Below, one piece after another: positions 28,093 to 38,666 of a stretch of DNA of 64,000 nucleotides. Below the pieces are notes generated by a model. That model saw only the letters and a list, made by a program, of their open reading frames with translations. It made no database searches and had not been told where the DNA came from. Every line of letters begins with the position of its first letter. Position 1 is the stretch's first letter. The DNA lies in the IMG/VR virus record IMGVR_UViG_3300033153_000868, positions 1 to 64,000 of that record. One strand, 5' to 3'. Source of the DNA: a virus. The position numbers and the translations under genes were made by a program.

Positions 28093-29070
28093 ATGTTTAA
28101 TACAAAAAACATTGTTGGAGAAGGACAAGATGTACCTAGTACTTGGGTGTTTCAATATTACTTAGATCTTCCTGAACAGCTTACTGGTCAAGACATTAAG
28201 ATTAAATCTATTTTTAATCCTAATGAAAGAACGCCAAGCTTTTGCATATATGTAGATAAATCTATAATGCAGTATAAGTTTAAAGACTTTTCAACAGGTA
28301 GAAGCGGTAATAAGATAGATCTAGTTAAACTAATGTTTAATATAGACTTTCATGGTGCCATGACAAAAATGACATCAGATTACAACAAGTATGTGCAATC
28401 ATCAGAATATGTACAACAAAAATTTACACCTCAATCAAGATGGAAAATTGACTTTATCAAAGAAAGACAATGGACTACTGAGGATAGGAAGTTTTGGTTA
28501 TCTTTTAGAATAGGTAAAACTATGCTTGAAGAGTACAATGTTAGACCAATTGATTATTATAATTTAATTAAAGATGATTCAGGTGAAGTAAATAAGCTAA
28601 CTATAGGTAGCAAATGGTGCTATGGTTATTTTGATAAGAATGGTGAAGTTTATAAAATGTACCAACCTTTTAGTAAGAAGTACAAATTTTATAAAGCAAA
28701 GCCATATTTACAAGGTAAGGACCAGCTTAAGTATAATCAGCCTTATTTAGTTATTTGTTCATCACTTAAAGATTCAATGTGCTTAAAGAGTATGGGTTAT
28801 AACATAGAAGTTATTAGTCCTGACTCAGAAAATACTATGATTAAACCTCATATTATAGAGCACTTAAAGAAGAAGTATAAAAAAGTAATCACTCTATTTG
28901 ATAATGATGATGCAGGTAAGCATGCTGTGGAGGTATATTTAAAAGAATATAAAATCCACGGTTTTGTGCCAACTATATGTAAAGACATATCAGATGCTAT
29001 GAAAGAGCATGGATTTGATAAAGTGCATAGTATGCTAAGACCATTATTAAAAGAGACCTTAAATAAATAA
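28093..29070 (+). CDS. DNA primase (Toprim)
   Basis: 'NERTPSF...FKDFSTG', 'ICSSLKDSM', 'LFDNDDAG', 'KDISD'; start MFNTK after TATCTTTG at 28080-87. Confidence 0.8.
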   Translation: MFNTKNIVGEGQDVPSTWVFQYYLDLPEQLTGQDIKIKSIFNPNERTPSFCIYVDKSIMQYKFKDFSTGRSGNKIDLVKLMFNIDFHGAMTKMTSDYNKYVQSSEYVQQKFTPQSRWKIDFIKERQWTTEDRKFWLSFRIGKTMLEEYNVRPIDYYNLIKDDSGEVNKLTIGSKWCYGYFDKNGEVYKMYQPFSKKYKFYKAKPYLQGKDQLKYNQPYLVICSSLKDSMCLKSMGYNIEVISPDSENTMIKPHIIEHLKKKYKKVITLFDNDDAGKHAVEVYLKEYKIHGFVPTICKDISDAMKEHGFDKVHSMLRPLLKETLNK

Positions 29071-29073
29071 TAT

Positions 29074-29442
29074 ATGAAATGGTTTATACCGGGAAACGTA
29101 CCTTCTAGTAAAAATGGAAGAAGATGGACAGGTAAATACTTTATTGCTAGCAAAGCTGTAATGAACTACAGAAAAGCAACTAAAGATATTTATCTTAAAT
29201 ATACTGAAGAGTTTAAAGAAGAGCTCAAGAAGCATGAGCTTCCAGTTAAAATATCTTTTGAATTTATTAGAGGCAGCCGCCATAAGTTTGATTATATAAA
29301 TCCTGCACAAACAGTGCAAGATGATATGGTTAAGTATGGCTGGATAGAAGATGATAATGCAGAATTTATAATCCCTGCATTTGAGCAATACACATATGAT
29401 AAGAAGAATCCAGGAGTATGGATAGAGATAATTACAAAGTAA
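29074..29442 (+). CDS. RusA-like Holliday junction resolvase
   Basis: 'IPGNVPSSKN', 'KFDYIN...VQDDM...WIEDDN'. Confidence 0.7.
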   Translation: MKWFIPGNVPSSKNGRRWTGKYFIASKAVMNYRKATKDIYLKYTEEFKEELKKHELPVKISFEFIRGSRHKFDYINPAQTVQDDMVKYGWIEDDNAEFIIPAFEQYTYDKKNPGVWIEIITK

Positions 29443-29720
29443 TTACATTTGAAGAATTCTTTAGATTAAAACAAATGTTTCAAGGTTTACCTGATGATCA
29501 GGAATTAGCTTGGGAAATTTATACAAATAATTATAAGAATGACACTACTGATTTACTAATGCATAAAGCTTTAGTATTTAAACACAGAAAGAAGTTTGCT
29601 GATGCGGTTCAATTTATTGATCCACCAATTGTTGGCAGACAGGCTTTATACTATTATATAGATATCCATAAAGCAGATTCTATTTATAAACAAATATTAG
29701 ATAAAATCATGAATCAATGA
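29418..29720 (+). CDS. Hypothetical protein
   Basis: 100 aa ORF. Confidence 0.65.
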   Translation: MDRDNYKVITFEEFFRLKQMFQGLPDDQELAWEIYTNNYKNDTTDLLMHKALVFKHRKKFADAVQFIDPPIVGRQALYYYIDIHKADSIYKQILDKIMNQ

Positions 29721-30811
29721 TAAACATACAAGATCAGGTTGCAAGAACAACTAAAAATTTAATATTTACAGAGCCCTTTTACGGGCTCTTTTTAATTGGT
29801 ATCAATAAGCAATATAGTGAGCGTATTCCTACAGCAGGAGTAAGCAAACAAGGTATTGGTATGCAATTGACAATAAATCCAGAGTTTTATAATGGACTCA
29901 GTGAAGATCACAGATTTGGATTAATTAAACATGAACTTTTGCATATTGCATTTGGTCATCTTTTATTGAGGGATCTATATTCTAATCACAAGTTATTTAA
30001 TATAGCTGCAGATTTAGAGATCAACCAGTACATACTGGAAAGTAAATTACCTGATGGTGGTTTATTGTTATCAAGTTTTCCTGAATTAAATCTTCCTAAA
30101 AAAGCAGGTACAAAAGAATATTATAAACTTTTGGAACAAGCGCAAGAAGATGGGACCTGTCCTTCATTAGATAATCTAATGGATCAAATGGATGGTGAAT
30201 CACCTTATTGTCATAGTACGTGGAAAGAGTTTGATGAGTTACCTGAAGCTGATAAAAAGTTAGTTCAGAAACAAATTGAACATCAACTTAAAGAATCTGC
30301 TGAGCAAACAGAAAAGAAACAAGGTACTATACCGGGTGAGCTTGCTGATTTGATTCATAGGTTAATGCACATTGAACCCCCTAAGTTTGATTGGAAAGGA
30401 TATCTAAGAAGATTTGTAGGTAACTCTAGTATAGTATATACTAAAAAGCTGAGACGTAAATACAATAAACGTTATTCAGCTAATCCAGGACTTAAGATTA
30501 AATTCAAGAATCACATACTTGTTGGTGTTGACACAAGTGGATCTGTAAATAATGATGAGCTTAAAGAGTTCTTTAGTGAACTTGCATTTAATCCAAAAAA
30601 AGATTGGGAAATACATGGTCGTGGTGGGACAAGCTTCCAACCAGTAGTAGATCATTTTAATGAAAACAAAGGGCAGTATACAGCTCTAATATATTTAACA
30701 GATGGTGAGGCTTATTCTCCAGAAAACTGTCCAAATAACACCTTATGGGTATTAAGCAGTATTTCTAGTATGAATGATGAACTACCAGGACAAGTAATTA
30801 AATTAAATTAA
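29717..30811 (+). CDS. Metallopeptidase-vWA protein (DUF2201-like), possibly with an in-frame deletion at ~30586
   Basis: 'IPTAGV', HExxH 'KHELLH', 'NIAADLEIN', MIDAS 'VDTSGS', 'GRGGTSFQP', 'IYLTDGE'. Confidence 0.85.
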   Translation: MINIQDQVARTTKNLIFTEPFYGLFLIGINKQYSERIPTAGVSKQGIGMQLTINPEFYNGLSEDHRFGLIKHELLHIAFGHLLLRDLYSNHKLFNIAADLEINQYILESKLPDGGLLLSSFPELNLPKKAGTKEYYKLLEQAQEDGTCPSLDNLMDQMDGESPYCHSTWKEFDELPEADKKLVQKQIEHQLKESAEQTEKKQGTIPGELADLIHRLMHIEPPKFDWKGYLRRFVGNSSIVYTKKLRRKYNKRYSANPGLKIKFKNHILVGVDTSGSVNNDELKEFFSELAFNPKKDWEIHGRGGTSFQPVVDHFNENKGQYTALIYLTDGEAYSPENCPNNTLWVLSSISSMNDELPGQVIKLN

Positions 30812-30818
30812 TAGAAAA

Positions 30819-31999
30819 ATGGCACAAGTAAATTTAAATGTAACAGAGTTAAAGGGGTTTGTAAATCACATAATTGCTAATAACAGATATTTGCAAGAAG
30901 CAGGTAAGAATTCTGTATCCGTAGAAGTTGTAGGTGAATCAGGTATTGGTAAGACTTCTACTATAGTAGAGCTTGCTCAAGATAATAACCTAAAGTTTGT
31001 AAAGCTTAATTTAGCTCAGATAGAAGAACTAGGTGACTTAGTTGGTTTCCCTGTACGTCAATTTCAGATGTATAAAGAGAAGCAAGTACCTGCAAAGAAG
31101 ATTGATGACATATCTTATACAGCAGCACAAAGAGCTGCAGCATCATCAGATTTAGCTAATCTTAAAACTACTACTAAAAAAGTTGGTATGTGGGTTGATG
31201 AACTTGCCGTACAAGAGTATCTAAAGAATGGATACAAAATGACAGGTAAGAACAGAATGTCTTATTGTGCTCCTGAATGGATTGCAGATGCAAAAGTATC
31301 TCATGGACATTACCAAAAGACTGGCACATAATTTTGACAGCAAATCCGGATAACGGTGATTATATGGTTAACAGTGTAGATAGTGCACAAAAGACTAGAT
31401 ATGTAACGGCTAACCTTAAGTTTGATGTTAATGTATGGGCACAATGGGCTGAGGGTGCAGGTATTGATACACGTTGTATTAACTTCCTATTGCTCCATCC
31501 AGAGTTAGTAACACAAGAGACTAATGCAAGATCAATTACTACATTCTTTAATGCAATATCAAGCTTTGATTCTTTTGAGGATAACCTTAGTATGATTCAG
31601 ATGATTGGTGAAGGTAGTGTTGGTGATGCTTTTGCTTCTATGTTTACAACCTTTATTAATAATAAGCTTGATAAGCTGGTAACACCTAAAGATTTGTTGA
31701 CTCATGAAAACGAATCATATATCTTGGGTGAGCTTAGAGGTTGTATTGGTAAAGATGACACGTACCGTGCAGATATTGCATCTACTCTTGCTACAAGGCT
31801 AGGTAACTTCTCAGTTGTTCATTCTAAAGATAATACAATAACACAGAAGTTAACAGACAGGCTGATAGCTTTATGTACTAAAGATTATTTTACTAATGAT
31901 CTTAAGTATTTAATTGTACGTACAATTTTTAACGGTAATAAAAAGAAGTTTAACAAGTTGATGATGGTTCCTGAAATCATCCAAATGACAATGAAGTAA
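30819..31999 (+). pseudogene. MoxR-like AAA+ ATPase split into two frames at ~31296, Walker B region missing
   Basis: Frame 1: 'VGESGIGKTS', 'LAQIEELGDLVGFP', 'APEWIADAK'; frame 2: 'ISWTLPKDWHIILTANP...SVDSAQKTR'. Confidence 0.8.
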
Positions 32000-32000
32000 A

Positions 32001-33059
32001 ATGGCAAATAAATCAGTATATCAAAAGTTTGATGCTGATGCTTTAAAATACTTTGGACTAGAAGCTGACCCTGTATATGGGTTGGTTTCTAGTACTAGTA
32101 TTGTTGAAGTATTATGTTCACAAGATCAAACAACATATGAAAAAATAAACACTATACTAACGGTCCCTACAGAGGATGACCAAACTTTTAGAACCAAAAA
32201 GAAAGCTTTTATACTACCAAAATGTAATGTATCACAGGATAGATTGAAAGCTGCTCTTAAAGAGCATGGTATAACTGTAACAAATGATTATGAAATAGCA
32301 GATCTAATTGTAGGTCATGATGAAATATCAACTTATAAATTATCTAATGCTGAGAATATTCCTTCTACAGTAATGATGAATAAGATATGGAATTATGAGA
32401 CTACAAAAGGAGATGTGAATGGACATGGTATTATTAAAAAGATAGGTGATTCAGGTTTGGAATGTATTATTACACCAAAGATCACAGATAATGTAAGATA
32501 CTATGATATAGATATAGAAGATAGTTTGTATGATGTCTGGATGTTAACTGGTATGGCTATAAACTTGGCTCATATAATTGATACTACAGATGTTAGTGTT
32601 ATTGATCCTGAGACAGTGCTTCATGCGTCTGCTACTAAAATGACTCTTGATGAACAGCTTCTTAGTGATCTTAAAACTCAGTTAAATTCATATGGTGATG
32701 ATAAAGCTTTAGCTCTTAAAATTGTTCCTACTATTGACTATAAGAAAAACTATCATTTATTGTGGCAGTTTGCACAAGACTGTAGTAGCATAACATATGC
32801 AGACAATAGAGATAAAGATTTGCAGTATTGGTTAGAAGCATCAAAGTTTAATGATTTTCATCGTAAAAGTGCACAAGACATGATACTATGGTTGGAGCAA
32901 GAAGAGAAACTTGATACAACAACGTTTAGATATCTTGAGCCTATAGTAAGAAGAGAAATAAGCATTCATAACAGAGACCTTTATACATTTAAAGTAGCTG
33001 TTAAAAAAGAATATCAAAAATATTTAAAACATGAAAAAAAGAGTAAGATTAAACATTAA
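32001..33059 (+). CDS. Hypothetical protein with BRCT-like segment
   Basis: 'KAFILPKCNVSQDRLKAALKEHGITVTNDYEIADLIV'. Confidence 0.7.
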   Translation: MANKSVYQKFDADALKYFGLEADPVYGLVSSTSIVEVLCSQDQTTYEKINTILTVPTEDDQTFRTKKKAFILPKCNVSQDRLKAALKEHGITVTNDYEIADLIVGHDEISTYKLSNAENIPSTVMMNKIWNYETTKGDVNGHGIIKKIGDSGLECIITPKITDNVRYYDIDIEDSLYDVWMLTGMAINLAHIIDTTDVSVIDPETVLHASATKMTLDEQLLSDLKTQLNSYGDDKALALKIVPTIDYKKNYHLLWQFAQDCSSITYADNRDKDLQYWLEASKFNDFHRKSAQDMILWLEQEEKLDTTTFRYLEPIVRREISIHNRDLYTFKVAVKKEYQKYLKHEKKSKIKH

Positions 33060-34182
33060 TATAAAATCATCTGCAATTGATGATAGCGGTAGATTAACAA
33101 AAGATGCTTTTGAATGGAATCATCTTGATGGTATGCATGTCTTTAGCAGCAATAACTGGGAAGTTAGGATGGAAGATCTAACTAAACTAGGTGTTGCTAA
33201 TTTAAAGAAAACAGTTGATTTACAAGATAAAAAGATCTATAGGTATCCTAAGTTAGATTTACCTAGACAGAAAGTTGACCTTTTGAAAGAAAAGTTTAAC
33301 TGCAAAGTTATCAGAGATGCTTCTAAAGCTGATATAAGTATAGTATCTATGAAGTTTTTTGATAAATTAGTTTCTAGAGAATGGAAATCATCTATTACAT
33401 ATGTAGAGTGCTATAAGATTTTAGCTGAATTAAAGAATATGGATTTGCTTTCTTCATCAGCTTTAGATGTTTTAAGAGACTTTATGTCTAATACAGATGT
33501 AAACTATAGAGTTAGTTTTAGCTATGGTTCAAACTGGAATGAAGCACAGACAGCTCAAACTGATAAAGTAAAACAAGTTATAGATCAGCTAGCATCACAA
33601 AATAATAAATCTGCTGATCACGGTCATGATTGGATATTACCTGTAGAAAACTATGAATTGTTTGATAAAATAACAAACTCATCTACTGAAATTATTGCAG
33701 ACACAAGTATATGTGCAATAATAGATGAAGACCTTGCTGTTTTAGAAAGTGAAAAATTTGATGAGGTAGAGAAGATGGTTACCAGTAGTGATATAGATAA
33801 TAGATCATTAGCTTTAGAGATGTTGGCTAATTCCAATATTGAAAAATCTTTTGATGTAGTATCTGGTATTTATTACTGGCACTATGATTGGCTTAAAGCT
33901 ACTACAAACTGGAATACAGTTAACGTTAAGGCTTTTAGAAAAAGAATGAAGGCTTATGAAGGAAACCATAATACTCAAGGTATTTACTCTTTTAATAAGT
34001 ATCTAAATCTTTTGGCTAAAGACAGAAAATTAACTAAATTTGCTGTGGATAGTACAAGAGAAAAGCTTCATACAACATTTCTAGCTAGTTTAGTAGGACC
34101 AAGTGCAGATGTATTTAAGGTTGACTTAGATTCTTTGTACATTAATGAAGAATTAACTAATAAAATTATTTCAGATGAATAG
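33031..34182 (+). CDS. Hypothetical protein with BRCT-like segment, likely paralog of 32001
   Basis: 'KIYRYPKLDLPRQKVDLLKEKFNCKVIRDASKADISIV'. Confidence 0.7.
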   Translation: MKKRVRLNINIKSSAIDDSGRLTKDAFEWNHLDGMHVFSSNNWEVRMEDLTKLGVANLKKTVDLQDKKIYRYPKLDLPRQKVDLLKEKFNCKVIRDASKADISIVSMKFFDKLVSREWKSSITYVECYKILAELKNMDLLSSSALDVLRDFMSNTDVNYRVSFSYGSNWNEAQTAQTDKVKQVIDQLASQNNKSADHGHDWILPVENYELFDKITNSSTEIIADTSICAIIDEDLAVLESEKFDEVEKMVTSSDIDNRSLALEMLANSNIEKSFDVVSGIYYWHYDWLKATTNWNTVNVKAFRKRMKAYEGNHNTQGIYSFNKYLNLLAKDRKLTKFAVDSTREKLHTTFLASLVGPSADVFKVDLDSLYINEELTNKIISDE

Positions 34183-35164
34183 AAACATGGAAAGAGAAGA
34201 AGACTTTTATGCAGATAAAGATTTTGCATTTAGTTATTCTTCTCTTAACAAACTTTTATTTTCACCATCCTTGTTTTACAAGGACTATATTCTTAAACAA
34301 CGTGAGGTTAAAACAGATAAACATTTAGTAGAAGGTAAACTTGTACATTGTTTAGTGTTTGAACCTGAGAACTTAAACAAAAAGTTTAACATTGTACCCG
34401 GTAAAGCACCATCAGATAGTGTTAGAAAGGTCCTAAAAAATATGTCTTTATATACTGATGCAAAATTGTTATTTGATGTTCCATCTGAAATAGTATTGGA
34501 TTCACTCAAAGAAATGAATTTGTATCAATCTCTTAAAACAGATGAACAACGTATTGTAAAGATTATAAAAAAAGAGTTTGAACCTTATTGGGAATTCTTA
34601 TCTAATACTAATGTAGATGTTATTAATGAAGAGACACTATTAGATTGTACTGCTAAAGCTGAAGTTATAAAAGCTAATGAAGAGGTTATGAGTTTATTTA
34701 AAAATGAACAGACTGACTTTGATTTAGACCCAATAACTACATATGCAGAACAATATCTTGTTTCTGATCTAGATGGCTATCCGTTTAAATTACATGGATA
34801 TGTGGATTACTATACTGTTGACTCTGAGTCAAAGACAGTAACAATATGTGATCTTAAAACATCCGGTAAAACTGTTGATGTATTTGCAGAAAGCGTAGAC
34901 TTTTATAATTATTGGTTGCAAGCTGCTATTTATTCTAAAATGGTTTATGATTCTCTTGGAGATGATAGAGATGATTACACTATAGAATTTAAATTTATTG
35001 TGATTGATAAGTATAATCAAGTATATGTTTTTGATGTATCTCAAGAATCTATGGGCAATTGGGCTCAAGGTCTTGGCGGTGTATTAAAAACTGCAGGATA
35101 TCACTACAATGAGAGAAACTATTCATTACCTTATGAATTATTAGTGAAAAAGGTTAAATTATAG
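34175..35164 (+). CDS. PD-(D/E)XK exonuclease (ExoVIII/DUF3799-like)
   Basis: 'FSYSSLN', 'GKLVHC', 'LHGYVD', 'ICDLKTS', 'YWLQAAIY'. Confidence 0.85.
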   Translation: MNRNMEREEDFYADKDFAFSYSSLNKLLFSPSLFYKDYILKQREVKTDKHLVEGKLVHCLVFEPENLNKKFNIVPGKAPSDSVRKVLKNMSLYTDAKLLFDVPSEIVLDSLKEMNLYQSLKTDEQRIVKIIKKEFEPYWEFLSNTNVDVINEETLLDCTAKAEVIKANEEVMSLFKNEQTDFDLDPITTYAEQYLVSDLDGYPFKLHGYVDYYTVDSESKTVTICDLKTSGKTVDVFAESVDFYNYWLQAAIYSKMVYDSLGDDRDDYTIEFKFIVIDKYNQVYVFDVSQESMGNWAQGLGGVLKTAGYHYNERNYSLPYELLVKKVKL

Positions 35165-35165
35165 T

Positions 35166-35744
35166 ATGGGCGTATATTTAGAATATTTTCAAAAAAGCAA
35201 AGTATTTCTTTATCCTTTACTAAAAATAAAGAAAGGCATTACCCGTGTACCAATACAAACGTATGTTGCATGGGATAATGTCTATTCTACTAATGATCTT
35301 AAGTTTTTGTGTGAATACAAAACTAAACAAACACCTAAGTTTAATAGTTTTGCTAAATCACATTTATTAAATCATTCTCTACTTGAAGAAGTAATAGAAT
35401 TAAATGAAAATACCCAACTCTTTATTTTTGATTTTAGTAAATTTAAATCTGACTACAATAAATTCCTTAAAGGAAAATATTCACAGTATAGTTTAGATAG
35501 TAAAATCAGTATAATTGATTTCTTTGGAACACAAGATAAAATTGGATCATATGTTGAAGGTTTTCTTACACCAGAAGGTGTGCATGATGAATATGCTGAA
35601 AGCCTTGGTGTAGATATTAAATCTATAGAAGATATATATGAAGTATGTACACCTCCTGATCTTGAAAAAGAAACTTTAATTGATAATAATCATGTTATTA
35701 ACCAATTATTAAAAAATAGTTCCATATATTTGACAAATAAATAA
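35166..35744 (+). CDS. Conserved hypothetical protein
   Basis: 192 aa, 'KSKVFLYPLL'. Confidence 0.7.
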   Translation: MGVYLEYFQKSKVFLYPLLKIKKGITRVPIQTYVAWDNVYSTNDLKFLCEYKTKQTPKFNSFAKSHLLNHSLLEEVIELNENTQLFIFDFSKFKSDYNKFLKGKYSQYSLDSKISIIDFFGTQDKIGSYVEGFLTPEGVHDEYAESLGVDIKSIEDIYEVCTPPDLEKETLIDNNHVINQLLKNSSIYLTNK

Positions 35745-35751
35745 AATAATT

Positions 35752-36171
35752 ATGGCAAACCAAATAGGACAAAATATGATGTTAGTAAATTCTAGTTTTA
35801 GAAATGCTAAATCATTTACTTTAATCCCAGTGAGTCAAGACTCACCATATGTAGAAGCTATGTTTGACCCAACGTCAGGCATTTTAGCTGTCATCAGTAA
35901 AGTGATGAAACAATCTTACCACATGGTACCTAAATTGGATGACAACGGTCAACCAATAAGATTAAAAACACCTAATCAACAGACAGGAAAAACTGTAAAA
36001 GAAGAAAGAAGATTAGTAGATACATTTTCTGAGTTTTATCTAAGTGATAGATCTGATATAGAAACATTTATTCATATGTTTGCAGTAAATGCAGATAATT
36101 TTAATATTGAAGAATTTTTTGTTGATTTACAAAAAACAGAACCATCTAAAATTATTCTTCCGGGTCAATAG
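35752..36171 (+). CDS. Hypothetical protein
   Basis: 139 aa; TATATTTG promoter element at 35725-32. Confidence 0.75.
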   Translation: MANQIGQNMMLVNSSFRNAKSFTLIPVSQDSPYVEAMFDPTSGILAVISKVMKQSYHMVPKLDDNGQPIRLKTPNQQTGKTVKEERRLVDTFSEFYLSDRSDIETFIHMFAVNADNFNIEEFFVDLQKTEPSKIILPGQ

Positions 36172-36207
36172 AATTCCCATACTATCCAACTCTATAATCC
36201 GGTACAG

Positions 36208-36235
36208 AAAAACCTCATTGAATTGGGGTTTTTTT
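36208..36235 (+). terminator. Intrinsic terminator
   Basis: AAAAACCTCA-TTGAAT-TGGGGTTTTTTT. Confidence 0.7.
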
Positions 36236-36253
36236 GGCTCTAATAAATTTTAA

Positions 36254-36586
36254 ATGGCTAAATTAACACAACAAGAAATAATGGATGTGAACATCCTATT
36301 TGCTATGACTAAGTGTATGGGAGAACTAGCACATAATCTACAGTATATACATACCCAACAAGTTAAACAGAGAATTAAACATGTAATTAAAACTGTTAAA
36401 TTGTATGAAAGGGAAATTGATAAACAACTAGAACGTGAAGGTTCTTCAGAAGCTATTGAAAGTATTTATGATGGTATTATGGAGTTAATTTATGAAGCTA
36501 GAGAAGTTGCACTTAAAAACTATAATGATGGAAACACTAATTCAAATGAGAGAAAGGCTGATGATATTAGCTCTCAAAAAACATAA
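36254..36586 (+). CDS. Hypothetical protein
   Basis: 110 aa ORF. Confidence 0.7.
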   Translation: MAKLTQQEIMDVNILFAMTKCMGELAHNLQYIHTQQVKQRIKHVIKTVKLYEREIDKQLEREGSSEAIESIYDGIMELIYEAREVALKNYNDGNTNSNERKADDISSQKT

Positions 36587-36674
36587 AACTGTAAAAAGTG
36601 CAGCTAAAGCTTTAGGTATTAGTGATAGAACTTTACATGCATTTAAAGATAAACTTAAAGATAGAAAAGAATGA
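36528..36674 (+). CDS. Small Fis-like HTH protein
   Basis: 'ALKKHKTVKSAAKALGISDRTLHAFK'. Confidence 0.65.
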   Translation: METLIQMRERLMILALKKHKTVKSAAKALGISDRTLHAFKDKLKDRKE

Positions 36675-38662
36675 AGCATTGGGTAATGGACTATGAGACT
36701 TTATCTAATTGTTTCACCGGGGTATTTGAACATTATAAGACTACAGAAACAAAAGTCTTTGTTATTCATGACCTGCGTAATGATTTAGATGAGTTCATTA
36801 GTTTCCTAGAAGAAAACTTTAATAATAAAGAGTGGCATATATCCTATAATGGATTGGCCTTTGATGCTCAAGTCACTCACTATATAATAGATAACCATAT
36901 AGATTGGTCAGATCTTAGTGGTTGTGAGATTGCTAGTATTATTTATAGATATGCCCAACGTTGTATTCAGAAATCTAACAATAAAGAATTCAGTGATTAT
37001 CCACAATGGAAGATGATAATTGGTCAAATAGACATATTTAAACTTCATCATTGGGATAATCCAGCCAAGCGTTCAAGTCTTAAATGGATTCAATATAGCA
37101 TGGATTGGGAAAACATCCTTGACATGCCTATTCATCATGAGACAGAGATAACTAAACAAGAAGAAATAGATACTATACTTGAATATTGTATTAATGATGT
37201 AAGATCTACTAAAGAAATTTATAATAGATCTAAGTCACAGGTTGGTTTAAGAAAAGAACTGACCCAGACTTATAACATTAATCTGTTTAGTGCTTCTGAG
37301 CCCCGTATCAGTAAAGAACTTTTTGGATTTTATTTATCAGAAAAACTTAATATACAAAAGAGGGACCTAAAACAAATGAGAACTCATAGAACTGTAATTA
37401 AAGTTGATGATATTATATTACCATACATCTCGTTTACATCTCCTGAGTTTAAAACATTACATGATAGGTTTAAATCTCTTGAGATAGATGCAACAAGATT
37501 AAAAGGTAGTTTTAAATATCATATTAATTACAAAGATGTGAAGACTCACTTTGGTTTAGGAGGTGCACACGGTGCTGCTGCTAAAGGAGTTTATGAAAGC
37601 TCAGATGATATGATCATTATGTCTTCGGATGTAACTAGTTTTTATCCTAATCTAGCTATTAAAAACAAGTGGTCTCCTGCGCATTTTCCAGTTGACCAGT
37701 TTTGTGATCAGTATGAGTGGTTCTTTGAGGAGCGTAAGAAGATACCTAAGAGCAATCCAATGAATTATGTATACAAGATTATACTTAATTCTACTTTTGG
37801 TCTTAGTAATGATGTAAACAGCTTCTTTTATGACCCTGAGTTGTGTATGAGAATTACAATTAACGGTCAACTAACGTTGATGATGTTGTATGAACAAATA
37901 ATGGAGCGTATACCGGGTGCTGTTGCTTTATTACAAAACACAGATGGTGTAGAAACTATTATACCTAGGGAGCACTATGATTTATATATGCAAATATGTG
38001 AAGAATGGGAAAATACTACAAGTTTAAACTTAGAACATGATGAATATCAAAAGCTTGTTTTATCTGATGTAAACAATTACATTGGTGTAAACAACTTTGT
38101 AAACGTTGACATTACTAAGTGGAGAGAAGTTAAACAAAGTCAGCCTCATTACTTATTTAAGGTTGAGAATGACAAGTTTAGCTTTGCGCCCGTTAAGCTT
38201 AAAGGTAGGTTTGACTTTCATAACCTGCAGTTGCATAAGAATAAGTCTAAGCTAGTGATCCCAAAGGCCATATATCAATACTTTGTTAATGATGTGCTGC
38301 CAGAAGATTACTTAGAAGAGAATAAAAATATTCTTGACTACTGTATAGGAGGTAAATCCAAAGGTGATTGGCAACAAGTAGCCCGCAGTATATTAAACGG
38401 TGCTTATAATGAAGAGTCATTGCAGAAAATCAATAGGTATTTTATATCTAAAGAAGGTGTAAAGATTATTAAAGTCAACAAGAATGATGGACGTGAGATA
38501 CAGTTAGAATCAGGTAGATGGTTGCAAACAGTCTTTAACAAGATGGAAGTTAAACCTAAATGGTCTGATTATAATATAGATAAGTTATATTATCTTCAAG
38601 CTATTGAATCTGAGATAAATAGTATACTCTCTGTAAAAACAAATCAATTAAAATTATTTTAA
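36671..38662 (+). CDS. polB: Family B DNA polymerase (crAss-like)
   Basis: Exo 'MDYET', 'YNGLAFD', 'YCINDV'; pol 'SDVTSFYP', 'KIILNSTFG', 'NTDG', 'KLKG'. Confidence 0.92.
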   Translation: MKHWVMDYETLSNCFTGVFEHYKTTETKVFVIHDLRNDLDEFISFLEENFNNKEWHISYNGLAFDAQVTHYIIDNHIDWSDLSGCEIASIIYRYAQRCIQKSNNKEFSDYPQWKMIIGQIDIFKLHHWDNPAKRSSLKWIQYSMDWENILDMPIHHETEITKQEEIDTILEYCINDVRSTKEIYNRSKSQVGLRKELTQTYNINLFSASEPRISKELFGFYLSEKLNIQKRDLKQMRTHRTVIKVDDIILPYISFTSPEFKTLHDRFKSLEIDATRLKGSFKYHINYKDVKTHFGLGGAHGAAAKGVYESSDDMIIMSSDVTSFYPNLAIKNKWSPAHFPVDQFCDQYEWFFEERKKIPKSNPMNYVYKIILNSTFGLSNDVNSFFYDPELCMRITINGQLTLMMLYEQIMERIPGAVALLQNTDGVETIIPREHYDLYMQICEEWENTTSLNLEHDEYQKLVLSDVNNYIGVNNFVNVDITKWREVKQSQPHYLFKVENDKFSFAPVKLKGRFDFHNLQLHKNKSKLVIPKAIYQYFVNDVLPEDYLEENKNILDYCIGGKSKGDWQQVARSILNGAYNEESLQKINRYFISKEGVKIIKVNKNDGREIQLESGRWLQTVFNKMEVKPKWSDYNIDKLYYLQAIESEINSILSVKTNQLKLF

Positions 38663-38666
38663 ACAT

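Noticed and set aside
31290-31300. Programmed -1 frameshift at GCAAAAG joining the two ATPase ORFs
   Set aside because: No full slippery heptamer, and the fusion product would still lack Walker B
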